The notes beneath the pieces were generated by a model. The model did no database searches. It had not been told where the DNA came from and worked only from the letters and a program-made list of their open reading frames with translations. Below are positions 27,001 to 35,868 of a stretch of DNA of 64,000 nucleotides, in pieces. The DNA comes from Pelagomonas calceolata (Eukaryota): assembly GCA_918797485.1 (NCBI GenBank), contig CAKKNE010000005.1, forward strand, positions 1,178,001-1,242,000, written 5' to 3'. How positions within the stretch are numbered: position 1 is the stretch's first letter; each line of letters begins with the position of its first letter. Made by a program: the position numbers and the translations under genes.

Positions 27001-29484
27001 AGCAGAAGACCGCGAAGAGGGATCTCGAAGGAGCAGTGGCCGAGGGCGGCGAGACCGTCGAGCCGATCCTCGACGCGTTCGGCGCCTACAGCACGTGCGC
27101 GATGTTCACGGTCTACAACGTGCGGCTCGCGGCGTCTTGAGGTGTCGCGGTGCCTTCACGCCATCGACGCGCGTCGTCTCCGTCAGACGAGGCCGTTCGC
27201 AGGTCTTCGTCCTCCTCATCCTGATCGGTTTCCGGGAAGAGGTCCAGATGACGAAGCTCTACAACATCAAAAATAATGACATGCTGTATTTCCTACTGTT
27301 TTCCGTGGTTTTGATCCCGTTCCAGTTCATCGCGGACGTGTTCACTTTGAGTGCTGACTCAGTGTCTTTTCTCTCGTTTTCCGAACTTCAACTTTGTGAA
27401 AATGGCGTCTGCGTGGTCTCACGGCACCGCGACGCCGTCGATGTGGCCGTGAGAGAGTCTACGCGTCTCGCGAGGGCCGTTTCGTGACGCGATCGTTCGA
27501 CGCAGGCGTGTTGGAGCTCTTCCACGGCTGGAAGATCTACGACTACCTGATTTATACGCGCTATCGCTTCCTGCAGCGCGAGACGCGGTGGAAGGGTCTC
27601 GAGGATAGTTTAGATGAGTGCATCGACGAGTCCGTGCGCACGCTCGACCAGATGTGCTTCTCGTCGCAGTACTACATGATGATGACGGTGCTGACTCAGC
27701 GTCAAAAGTGAGAGCTGTCGCGCCCGCCACGTCTTCGTGGAGACGCGTCCGTCGCGTCTCGTCGCGCGAGCGTCGCGTCGCGACGCGTCTCGACGCAGGT
27801 GCAAGTGAACGGCATCATGATGTTCATCTTCGGCATGCAGATGATGGTCCAGGCCCAGTACAACGTCCGCGGCCGTGTCGACTCAGAATCGAAAAAGAAA
27901 CGAGCCACGACCTCGTCTGATACACACGACGCGTCTCGACGCCCTGGAACCGCGAAAACACCGCGTTCCGCGCAGGTTTTTGGGGACCAGATGATGCCGT
28001 TCATCTACATGATGACGATCAACAACTGCCAGGCGCGGCCCCGGCGTCGTATCTCGCCCTTCACTTCATTAATACGACTCGTGTCCATCGCACGATGCCG
28101 TGAGTGGCTTCTTTTTCGGTTTCGCGTGAATTCGGACTTTGACGGAAATGCTCCACACAGATCATCAACGCGATCATCATGAAGCTCGCGATCTACATGA
28201 AGCTGTGGCGCGTCAAGCACGAGAACACGGCGTGGCACACGGCGCTGCAGGAGAGCGACGAGTTCGAGGTCCGTGACTCGGTGTTGAACTTCAACTTCTC
28301 AACTTGAAGTTGCGTGATTGTGTGTCGTGTTCCGCAGGTCCCCGGATGGGAGGACCTCAAGGGCGGCAGCCACGACGCGTTCATGATGAATCAAAGGATT
28401 ACGTCCGAGACGTTTCGGTTCAAGTTCCTGAACTACAACCGCGCGTGGCTTATTAATCAGCTGCCGTCCATCCTCACGCCTCGGACGTTGAGGAGGAGTA
28501 GGCCCTACCTCATTAATCAATTTACACGTATCCTGAACCAGCTGAACCAGGACATTTCTTCCGATTCCGAAGACGATGGTCGTAAATTTGGCCCTGTAGC
28601 TTTAAAAGCGAACAGCCGGCAGATCATCCGGTGGTGGCTCGCGCAAGCTCGAAGGCGCATGCGCCTGCGGGAGGTCGTCCAACCCCTCATAAGCAAAGCG
28701 AGAGGCACGCAGTGCGAGAACTGCCTCAGTCGCAGGCAGTTACAAGTAACTTGTGTCATTCCGCTCGAAGTGCTCGCGGCGCAGTTCGACGCGGAGAACG
28801 CGGATCAAGAGTTCGACCAGGTGCTGCCTCGGCGTCCTTGATACGAGAATGGTTTCTTTGTCGACTTTGAGCGAATTCGGGCGATCGCGACGCGATGCGG
28901 CCCAAATTCGGACCCGAGACCACCCACGTCATGCTGAGATGGCCACGAGTCGCGTCTTCATGAAGAGAGCGCCCGAACACCGCGGCAACGCGCGAAACCG
29001 TCGTTTCTCGCAGGTCGCGTGGAAGACGTTCTGGATCAAGAGCCAGCGGTACCGGACGATCTGCATGGCCTGCGTGGCCAAGCAGCGCGACGAGGAGCGG
29101 GCGGGGGGTGTTAAACAACAAGAAGAGTTATCTGACGATGAACCGGACGGTCCGCAGTGGGGCCCCGTGTTTTTGTCGCCCGCCGCGCGGGCTATTTTGA
29201 TTGGATGGCACCGGAGGGCCGCCGAGCGGTTGTTCGGGAAGGGCGGCAAAAGGAGACAAGCGGCGGCGGCCGAATTATCAGATGACGACGACGCCCCGGA
29301 GTTCGGGCGGCGGTTCGGGGAAGTTGCTTTAGATGCGGCGTCGCGGGCGATTGCCGTCTACTGGTTGCGGTCGGCGCGCGCGAACCTACAGAACCAGGGC
29401 GATGCGGGGAAGCCCGCCGTCAAAAGAAAGCGGCCCAAAAAGGGCGAAGGTAGGGAGGCGAAGAGTCGCAAGGCGAAGAAGTAG
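2..29484 (+). CDS. Giant (>8,200 aa, 5'-partial) multi-exon membrane protein: IPT/TIG-like repeats + Cys-rich GCC2/GCC3-type repeats + multi-pass TM C-terminus
   Basis: The frame is open from position 2 (LKELTYTPCAECW...) to 18421. Predicted introns: 18422-18586, 19173-19316, 20066-20220, 20397-20561, 20664-20818, 21149-21244, 21471-21686, 21753-21832, 21958-22211, 22245-22443(GC), 22597-22871, 23010-23173, 23292-23572, 23914-24012, 24149-24301, 24428-24559, 24703-24761(GC), 25023-25258(GC), 25308-25488, 25535-25650(GC), 25761-25850, 26051-26235, 26486-26672, 26818-26964(GC), 27120-27202, 27351-27505, 27688-27798, 27865-27975, 28033-28160(GC), 28269-28337, 28821-29013. Removing them leaves 6279 nt after 18421, in frame to TAG at 29484. 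Repeats of the form 'P..G...GGT.V.I.G..F.....C.FG...V.A.......C.AP' run to ~16400, and 'CP.G.YC' repeats lie at ~16480-18200. Hydrophobic helices occur in exons from ~24760 to 28200. Confidence 0.85.
1803..3490 (+). repeat. Copy 1 of a ~1.7-kb in-frame internal duplication of several IPT/TIG units
   Basis: Near-identical to ~4779-6466 at an offset of 2976 nt (ctcgggtcgctctctccgaatacggggccgacgac at 1805 and 4781). Matching off-frame ORFs sit at 2128 and 5104. Confidence 0.95.
4779..6466 (+). repeat. Copy 2 of the ~1.7-kb internal duplication
   Basis: See copy 1. The core appears essentially identical and the edges have diverged. Confidence 0.95.
18422..29013 (+). mobile_element. Cluster of 31 introner-like repetitive spliceosomal introns (59-281 bp)
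   Basis: Shared 5' motifs: class A is GY-N2-3-TGACTCAG...TTTCTCAACTTGAACTT, class B is GY-N7-9-C(G/C)GCGTC...CCTTCACGCC. Shared internal CGCC(A/G)TCGACGCGAC motif and its inverse. Shared 3' ends (CCACACAG/CCACGCAG). Introns 18422-18586 and 23010-23173 are colinear over their full length. Confidence 0.9.
22597..22879 (+). mobile_element. Intact introner/MITE with 15-bp TIRs and 8-bp TSD, forming GT-AG intron 22597-22871
   Basis: TSD gttcgagg at 22597-22604 and 22872-22879. TIRs ctgtgtggaaatcaa (22605-22619) and ttgatttccacacag (22857-22871). Splicing restores ...EPAW-FEATH... Confidence 0.93.
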
Positions 29485-29678
29485 CGCGCGTGGCGGTTCG
29501 GGATCACGCCGTGGCGCCAGCAGGAGGAGGCAGCCAACGGTCGCGAGCACGACTATGGCTATATGATCGGTGCGCGAGTAGCATGATCAGTGTTTAAGAA
29601 CACATATTGTTATAACCCTAGTTCCTAAGCCGAGAGTAGTCCACGCAGAAGGCAAGCCCCTGCGCCATCGGGCAGGCG

Positions 29679-30458
29679 CTATCGGGGCGCCGCCACGCCC
29701 AAGATGGACACGGGCGCGAGGGCGTTCGTCGCGTCTTCGTGCAATCGGTCGACGGCGAGGCCCATTTGATCCGCGGTTTCTAGGAAGTGGTCGAGCTGCG
29801 ACTCGCCGCTCAAGAACGAGGCGACGCGGCGGTGCTGGTGCGCTAATATAGCGGGCGCGCCCAGCGCCTTCAGCGTCGCACAGAGCCGGTCGTGCGCGTC
29901 GCGGTCGTAGGTCACGTCCGAGCCGACCACGAGCTCGGGCGCCCACTCCACGGGCTCGCCCCAGCCGTGGCGCTGTACAGAAACATCGCAATTCAAATGA
30001 AGACGGTTCGCATCGACGTTGCGCCGCGCGAGCTGCAGCAGGCCCTCGCTCCCTCCTTCGGTCAAGAGCACTGACGACGCGTTCAGCGCCGCGGCGCAGG
30101 TGAGGCCCGTCGCGCCGGTCCCGCAGCCTAGTTCGAGGACGGCTTTGCCACGCACCGTTCCCGTCCGGGCGAGGTAGCGGCAGAGCGCGGCGGACGCCGG
30201 CCAGACGCGGCCGCCCGTGCCGATGCCCCGCGTCCAGCCCGGCGCGTCCAGCGTCAAGTGGTCGCCTGATGGTAGTAAAGGTAGGCCGTGCGGACCATTT
30301 GACTGGAGCGGTGGCGCGAGCGCGGGCTTGAGCGCTGCTGCGCTGCTGCTGAGGCAGAGCAACCACACGTACAGTGGTGGCGCGAGTGTTGGTTTGAGCG
30401 CTGCTGTGCTGCTGAGGCAGAGCAACCACACGCACAGCGGTACGGCCGTGCTCGGCAT
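29679..30458 (-). CDS. METTL21/family-16-like SAM-dependent protein methyltransferase with signal-peptide-like N-terminus
   Basis: GTGGRVWPASAALCRYL, VLELGCGTGATGL (motif I), VVGSDVTY. Confidence 0.8.
   Translation of the reverse strand: MPSTAVPLCVWLLCLSSTAALKPTLAPPLYVWLLCLSSSAAALKPALAPPLQSNGPHGLPLLPSGDHLTLDAPGWTRGIGTGGRVWPASAALCRYLARTGTVRGKAVLELGCGTGATGLTCAAALNASSVLLTEGGSEGLLQLARRNVDANRLHLNCDVSVQRHGWGEPVEWAPELVVGSDVTYDRDAHDRLCATLKALGAPAILAHQHRRVASFLSGESQLDHFLETADQMGLAVDRLHEDATNALAPVSILGVAAPR
30307..30435. repeat. Tandem duplication (~63-66 bp x2) encoding a duplicated hydrophobic leader
   Basis: Encodes VWLLCLSSTAALKPTLAPPL and VWLLCLSSSAAALKPALAPPL on the minus strand. Confidence 0.85.
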
Positions 30459-30616
30459 CCTGAGAGGGGGCTGCAGGGCTGTGCTGTGGCAATACGCAGC
30501 GATGCTGGTCAGCGTTTCGGCATATCAAACGCTGGATTTGTTTGCAGCAATGCGGGTGCCAGGCAGCCCAGAGAGCACCGAAAAGGCCGAAATGCAACCA
30601 GCGCGAAAAAGTGCAG

Positions 30617-30640
30617 CTAGCGTCCTGTAAGGCACTAGCA
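30617..30640. promoter_or_regulatory. Recurrent intergenic CTAG..GTAA..CACTAGC motif
   Basis: ctagcgtcctgtaaggcactagca, between divergent genes. Confidence 0.55.
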
Positions 30641-30761
30641 TGCTCTCCCAATTACCTCGCAGCTCGCTGCAGCACCAAACGCTCGTGTTCAGGACTCGCT
30701 GCTGGACTCTGGACACATATCATCGCTGCCGGCTCGCTTTTGCCACCTCGCACTGCTCGCG

Positions 30762-32669
30762 ATGCCCTCGGCCCGCGATATCCTCGACGCCTTTCGAGCC
30801 GCCGGCACGAGTGATGCCGCCGTCGACGCGATCGCCTCCCTGGAGCTGTCCGCCGACGATTTGTTAGATCTCAATCCGGCCGAGGTCTGGGGCGTGGCCG
30901 ACGACGACGCCGAGCGCATCGCTGGCGCGATCGCGGCGTTCAACCGCCCGCCGCGCGTGCCCCAGCCGCCTGGACCGCCGCCGCCGCCGGGCGCGCTACC
31001 AGCGATGCCGGGCGCGACGCCTAGCGCAGCGACGCCGGCGACCGGAGCGCGCTGTCTCGTCGTCGCGGGCCCGCCCGGCTCCGGCAAGACGACGCTCGCG
31101 GCCCACGCCGCCCGGTCCATGAAGGCTTGTCTAGTAGATAAAGACGCGCTCGAGTGGCCGCTGGCCAACTGCGCCTTAACCGCAGCCGGAGCGGCCAAGG
31201 ACGACGCCTACTACAATTCTCAAATAAAGCCGAGCGCCTACGAGACGTGTTTCCGGGTCGCGGCCCAGAACTGCGCGGCGGGTCTCGATGTTGTCATCGT
31301 GGCGCCCTTCACGTCACTCGTCAAAGATTCTACTTTTCTCGAGGCGCTCGCTAAGCGCTTCGGCGCGCGCGTCGCGCTGCTTTGGGTTTGTGCCGATCCC
31401 GAGGCGTTGGCGAGGCGCCAGCGGCAACGACATGCCGACCAGGACACGTCTGTGAAAGTCACGCTGCCCGCGCGACCAGTATGTCCCCACGTGCTCGTGG
31501 ACACGTCTGCCATACGAGAAGCGGAGATGAGGAGTACAGCGGTCGATGCCGTTACGAGGGCCTTCTCTACTACCCAAACAACGGGACGGGTCCTCTGCGC
31601 GGGCCACGTCTGCGTGGATGTTGTGCTCGAGGGCTGCGGCGAACTTAGTAGTAGAGAGGGCTACTGCGAAGTCCAATCTACAAGACTGGCTGCTGGTGGA
31701 AGTGTAGCCAACTGCGCTTCTACTCTAGCGTCGTTGGAGGCGTACGGCGTCGACGCGCACTGTTGTGTGGGAGACGACGCGTTCGGGCGCTTTTTGCTCG
31801 ACTACTTCCGTGAGAACAGTGTCGGCACGGCCCACATCAATGTCAATGAAGAACACCCGACGTCGACGGCCTGCCTACCGGTCTACGGGAAGGACGGCAA
31901 GCGCGCCGTGTATTGTGCGCAGGGGTGGAATGCCCATTTCGTTCCGAATGTAGATGTGGCGACGTACGACGCCATTTTACTAGGTTATCCCCACGTCATG
32001 CCTGCGTTGCGGGGCGCGCCCCTGGCGCAGTTTGCATCAAGATGCGTCGAAGCGGGCACGTGTCTCTGTCTGGACGTGAACGAGGCGTCGGACGACTACG
32101 AAATGCCGCTCGGCGACGCCTCGGACGCCTACGAAAATATTGGTGTATTACACGGCAATTTGGACGAGGCCGCGGCGTGTGTTGGAAGGAAGAAGGAATT
32201 TCTAGAAAGATACAACATCAAGGATGGATTGGAGAACGTGCTGTCCAATGCCGAGATAGAATCGATTGCCCGTGCGTTGTTGAGGCGAGGCTGCGGCGTC
32301 GTGCTGTTCACGCTGGGCCCGTTGGGTGCTTTCGCGATGACCAACGACGAGCCCACCCTCAGAAGGACGCTGGGGCGGCTGAACCACGGTCTGCAGCCGT
32401 CGCACGTCTCTCGTCGGGCGGCCTTCAAGGCAGACGGCGCCATCGACACGGTCGGCGCCGGCGACGCGTTCCTCGCGGGCGCCGTGGCGTCGCTGCTGAG
32501 TGGCGGCGACCTCGACCGCGTCCTGGACGTGGGCCTGGCCGCGGCGCTCTGGCGCGTCGACGCCTCACGGAGCTCGCGGCCGCCGCGGCGGGGGGAGCTC
32601 GAGGAATTGATGGGGGGGCTCGAGCGGCTGCCCACGGTGGCGCGGACGGTATACGACTTCGTCGCGTAG
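30762..32669 (+). CDS. Fusion: SAM-like helical N-terminus + P-loop (AAA_33-like) kinase + PfkB/ribokinase-family carbohydrate kinase
   Basis: Walker A GPPGSGKTT. PfkB motifs GGSVAN, VGDDAFG and DTVGAGDAFLAG. Confidence 0.8.
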   Translation: MPSARDILDAFRAAGTSDAAVDAIASLELSADDLLDLNPAEVWGVADDDAERIAGAIAAFNRPPRVPQPPGPPPPPGALPAMPGATPSAATPATGARCLVVAGPPGSGKTTLAAHAARSMKACLVDKDALEWPLANCALTAAGAAKDDAYYNSQIKPSAYETCFRVAAQNCAAGLDVVIVAPFTSLVKDSTFLEALAKRFGARVALLWVCADPEALARRQRQRHADQDTSVKVTLPARPVCPHVLVDTSAIREAEMRSTAVDAVTRAFSTTQTTGRVLCAGHVCVDVVLEGCGELSSREGYCEVQSTRLAAGGSVANCASTLASLEAYGVDAHCCVGDDAFGRFLLDYFRENSVGTAHINVNEEHPTSTACLPVYGKDGKRAVYCAQGWNAHFVPNVDVATYDAILLGYPHVMPALRGAPLAQFASRCVEAGTCLCLDVNEASDDYEMPLGDASDAYENIGVLHGNLDEAAACVGRKKEFLERYNIKDGLENVLSNAEIESIARALLRRGCGVVLFTLGPLGAFAMTNDEPTLRRTLGRLNHGLQPSHVSRRAAFKADGAIDTVGAGDAFLAGAVASLLSGGDLDRVLDVGLAAALWRVDASRSSRPPRRGELEELMGGLERLPTVARTVYDFVA

Positions 32670-32841
32670 GAGGGTTTGTGTGTAAGTTTTATAACCTGGT
32701 ACGGGTTTTACAGGGCGATTTGCGTTGGATGCGGCGTCTCTGAGGCGGAATTGTGGTCGTCCGCGACCGCTTGACTACTGCTCCTGGGTGCGCTTTGGAC
32801 ACCACTGAAAATAGACAAGCAGACAACTGGTCTAGTGAGCA

Positions 32842-34018
32842 ATGAGCATGTACGGCTCGATGGAGGAGAGCAAGCCGGCCGCGGCGCCGGCGCTAGGCCC
32901 CGCGGAGATCAAGTTTGTCAGAAAAATGATGGCGACATCGACCGGCGACGACGACCGGCCCGCGGGCCTCTTGCATGAGCCGCAGGAGCTGTCGACGTCG
33001 ACGCTCGCGAAGCTCGATGAGTGAGGCCGGTCGGCGCGCGCGCGCCCTGTGCCCGGACATGTGCGGGTGCCAGTTTCCGTTTGCTGCAAACGCGCTCACT
33101 GATCCCAAAGATGGATGCTCAGTCGATGCGGCCCCGACGTATTTCGATCACCTCAGGCAGATTCCCTGCAAAGACGTTTCTGCCGAAGGCGATGCCTACG
33201 ACGCCTACATACAGTACGATATGGAGCAAGAAAGCGGTGTTCGGAGTAACGCGACTCGATGGTCCATGTTTCAAAGTTTCCTGGATATTTGGGAAGACGC
33301 CAACGCGGATTTACCGCTTGTAAAGCAGTTTGAGAATTATCAAGACATCAAGTACCTACGGATTTACGGCTGCCGCTACCTACGGGATCCCTCCCTCTGG
33401 GACTCGTTGGATTCGTACGAGGCGTGGCAGGCCGATGCTCGAAGCAACCTGACCGTGAGACCGCCCTACTGGCTTGGAAGGAATCTCTGTGTCCGGGGAA
33501 GCAGCCACAAGCAGTTGTCCCTATTTTGTCCGGAAGCTTGCGGCTGCCACCGCGGCGACCAGGACTGCCCGTTGACGTGCCCCGAGCGCGACGCGACGAC
33601 ACCGACCTGCCCTGCGCATCAGGAAAAGATTTTCGTGATGGAGGGCAAAGATGCGATGTGGGAGGGATATTCCTGTCCGCGCCGTCCTCAGGCGCATAGT
33701 TCTGATGTGGGCTTTTCGGCTCAAGATCTCCTGTCGCCGCGGCGGCTGCCGCCGACGAATTGCGCGGCGGCGAGCACGGGCGCCTGTCTCGAGAACGGTG
33801 GTGTCGACCCCGACTGCTGCGCTCCATGCGGCGAGGGGAGCTGCGCGCCCGGATATACCTACGCCGGTCAGTTCAGATTCGAAACCAAGATGCTCTGGTC
33901 GACGTATCCAGATTTTGACCCTGTGTGCAGCCACGGTAACGTCGAATGGGGTTGCGGCAACACGTGCTGCGTGCCGGTTGACACGAATGAGACCGCGCGG
34001 GCAGCCACCGGTGGTTAA
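32842..34018 (+). pseudogene. Cys-rich protein, possibly truncated or frameshifted (short 5' ORF 32842-33024 overlapping Cys-rich ORF ~33017-34018)
   Basis: CPDMCGC, CPEACGCHRGDQDCPLTCP and a C-terminal Cys cluster. There is no signal peptide on the long ORF, and no intron was found that joins the two frames. Confidence 0.35.
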
Positions 34019-34206
34019 ACTGTAATGTATCGTAATTCCCGTTCTCTCCGGAGAGGCATATCTAACACTGAATGGGCCCACCCCCGGCGCGGCCAATTTA
34101 CTCACGAGCGCGCGCGCGAAGATCTGCGCGAAGGCCCCAACGCCATCGACGCGACGCCGCGCCGGCATTAATAGTACTAGTGGGACTCAGATTTCACAAC
34201 CTAAAC

Positions 34207-35271
34207 TTAGAACGACGCCAGGTCCTCGGACACGACGGTCTCGAAGGCGCCCCCCGACGCCCCGCGTAATGAAACACCTCGCAAGGAGCAATGGAGAGCC
34301 GACGGGTCCTTTCTTCTGGGCGGCGAGTAGTTGGAAAACGTCGTCCCGTGGGGCTGGTTGTTGTTCCACGCCTTCACACCGCGAGGCGCCTGTCTAAAAG
34401 ACCCCTCCAAATCCGCCGCGGACTGATACGCTTCGGACACGGACATAGGTTTCAAATTCGGCAGGCCGCACATCTGCTCGGTGTCCATCAACGCGGTCCG
34501 GTGGTACTTGCGAAAATCGAACGGCTCCTGGAACTTCCGCTTGTCGGGGAAGCGCCACTTGGGGTATTGTATTTCTTGCATCGTTTTATCGGTAAACGGT
34601 CCCGGATCATTTAGTGTCTCTACGGTTAACTGGGCCGTGACGCGCTCCGGCTCCGTGCGCGTGTTATACACGAAGGGCGGGCCTAGTTCCTTGTGTCTCT
34701 GTCGCACCCTGAGAAAGTGGCCGGGGTTGAAGTAGGGGCCCTTGGCTAAACGTAAGCCAACGCCACCTAAGGATACTGTAGCTTCCCTCGGGTCCAGGGC
34801 GTCGACCGCCAGAGCACCACCGAGCGAAGCTTTTCTATCCAGCAATTCTGCGGTCTTTTCGTAGTCCTTTTGACCGCCACCCTTGAAATAGCTTCTAGCA
34901 ATATACCGCGACACGCCGAACCGCCCGCCGAGCTCCTTCGCCGGATATTCGTCCCGGAACTGCATGGAAGGCGGCGCGAGCTGCTTGCAAGGCGCCATGG
35001 CGTTCCAGGACGCGTAGGCGCCGCCCTTGACGGGGACTGTCGGTTCTCCGAACATCGACGTCTCCTCGGGGAACTGCAAGGCGTTTTGTATGTGCGCGTC
35101 TCTTCGCACGACGGACGCGGTGCTCAATCCCTCAAGGCCCTTGCCGTAGATGTTGGTGAGGAAGCGGTTGCGCTTCGCGGGCTTCCAATTCTTGCTCGTC
35201 GTCTTCTTCAGGCGGTCCGCCTCGGCCTTGCGTTTCCGTTCTTGCAGCTCGTAGGCGCCGAGGGAGTACAT
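34207..35271 (-). CDS. Hypothetical protein (354 aa)
   Basis: Long ATG-initiated ORF with natural composition; no motif recognised. Confidence 0.65.
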   Translation of the reverse strand: MYSLGAYELQERKRKAEADRLKKTTSKNWKPAKRNRFLTNIYGKGLEGLSTASVVRRDAHIQNALQFPEETSMFGEPTVPVKGGAYASWNAMAPCKQLAPPSMQFRDEYPAKELGGRFGVSRYIARSYFKGGGQKDYEKTAELLDRKASLGGALAVDALDPREATVSLGGVGLRLAKGPYFNPGHFLRVRQRHKELGPPFVYNTRTEPERVTAQLTVETLNDPGPFTDKTMQEIQYPKWRFPDKRKFQEPFDFRKYHRTALMDTEQMCGLPNLKPMSVSEAYQSAADLEGSFRQAPRGVKAWNNNQPHGTTFSNYSPPRRKDPSALHCSLRGVSLRGASGGAFETVVSEDLASF

Positions 35272-35868
35272 CGCGCGGCTCTGTTCTGCTCTGTAGGCGT
35301 CCGCTGCCCGGCTATTGCTGCCCTACGGCCCGGGCGCGGTTCTCGGAACTGGTCGTGCGCCGGAGGCAGCCTCGCGTCGTGCGCGCGCTCCTCGGCGGCA
35401 GAGAGCGGCTCTGGGTGCTGCCCAACTATGTGCAGAACTGTTGCGTCCGCTGCCGATGGTGCTGCCCCGAGGGAGGGGTCTGCGGCGCGGCGTCGGCCGC
35501 GCACGCCCTGCCGTCGCGTCGTGCGCACGTACCGCGCGAGGAGCGCCAGAGAGAGCGGCGCTGAGTTTTGCTGCCCCACAAGGTGCGGGCTCCCGCGACG
35601 GCTCGCTCCGGCCTCGTAGCCGTCTTCCGACTCCTCGCCGGACGGCAGCCCCCGCCCCCGGAGCGCTGGCGGGGCCGACGGGGGCTGCTAAAAAAGGTAA
35701 CTTTAGCGCCAGGCTGCTCCTGCCCCGGCCCCCGCAAAACGCACCGGAGGAGCTGCGCGCGCGTCGCCGGGACACGCCGAGAGCTCCTTAGGACTGTAGC
35801 AAAAACAAGCCACCGCCGAACCGCGCGGCTGTTAAGTGAAGAGGCAGCCCCACGGGCAGCCCGGAGCC

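Noticed and set aside
18422..29013. CRISPR-like array suggested by recurring short repeats with unique spacers
   Set aside because: Eukaryotic context, variable repeat length and sequence, the 'spacers' are in-frame exons, and there are no cas genes.
18426..29249. Dozens of short overlapping ORFs on both strands
   Set aside because: They are explained as exon fragments plus GC-rich intron read-through or antisense shadows.
33021..33073. Candidate GTGAG...CAG intron joining the 32842 ORF to the Cys-rich ORF
   Set aside because: Splicing would enter a different frame that stops at 33323.
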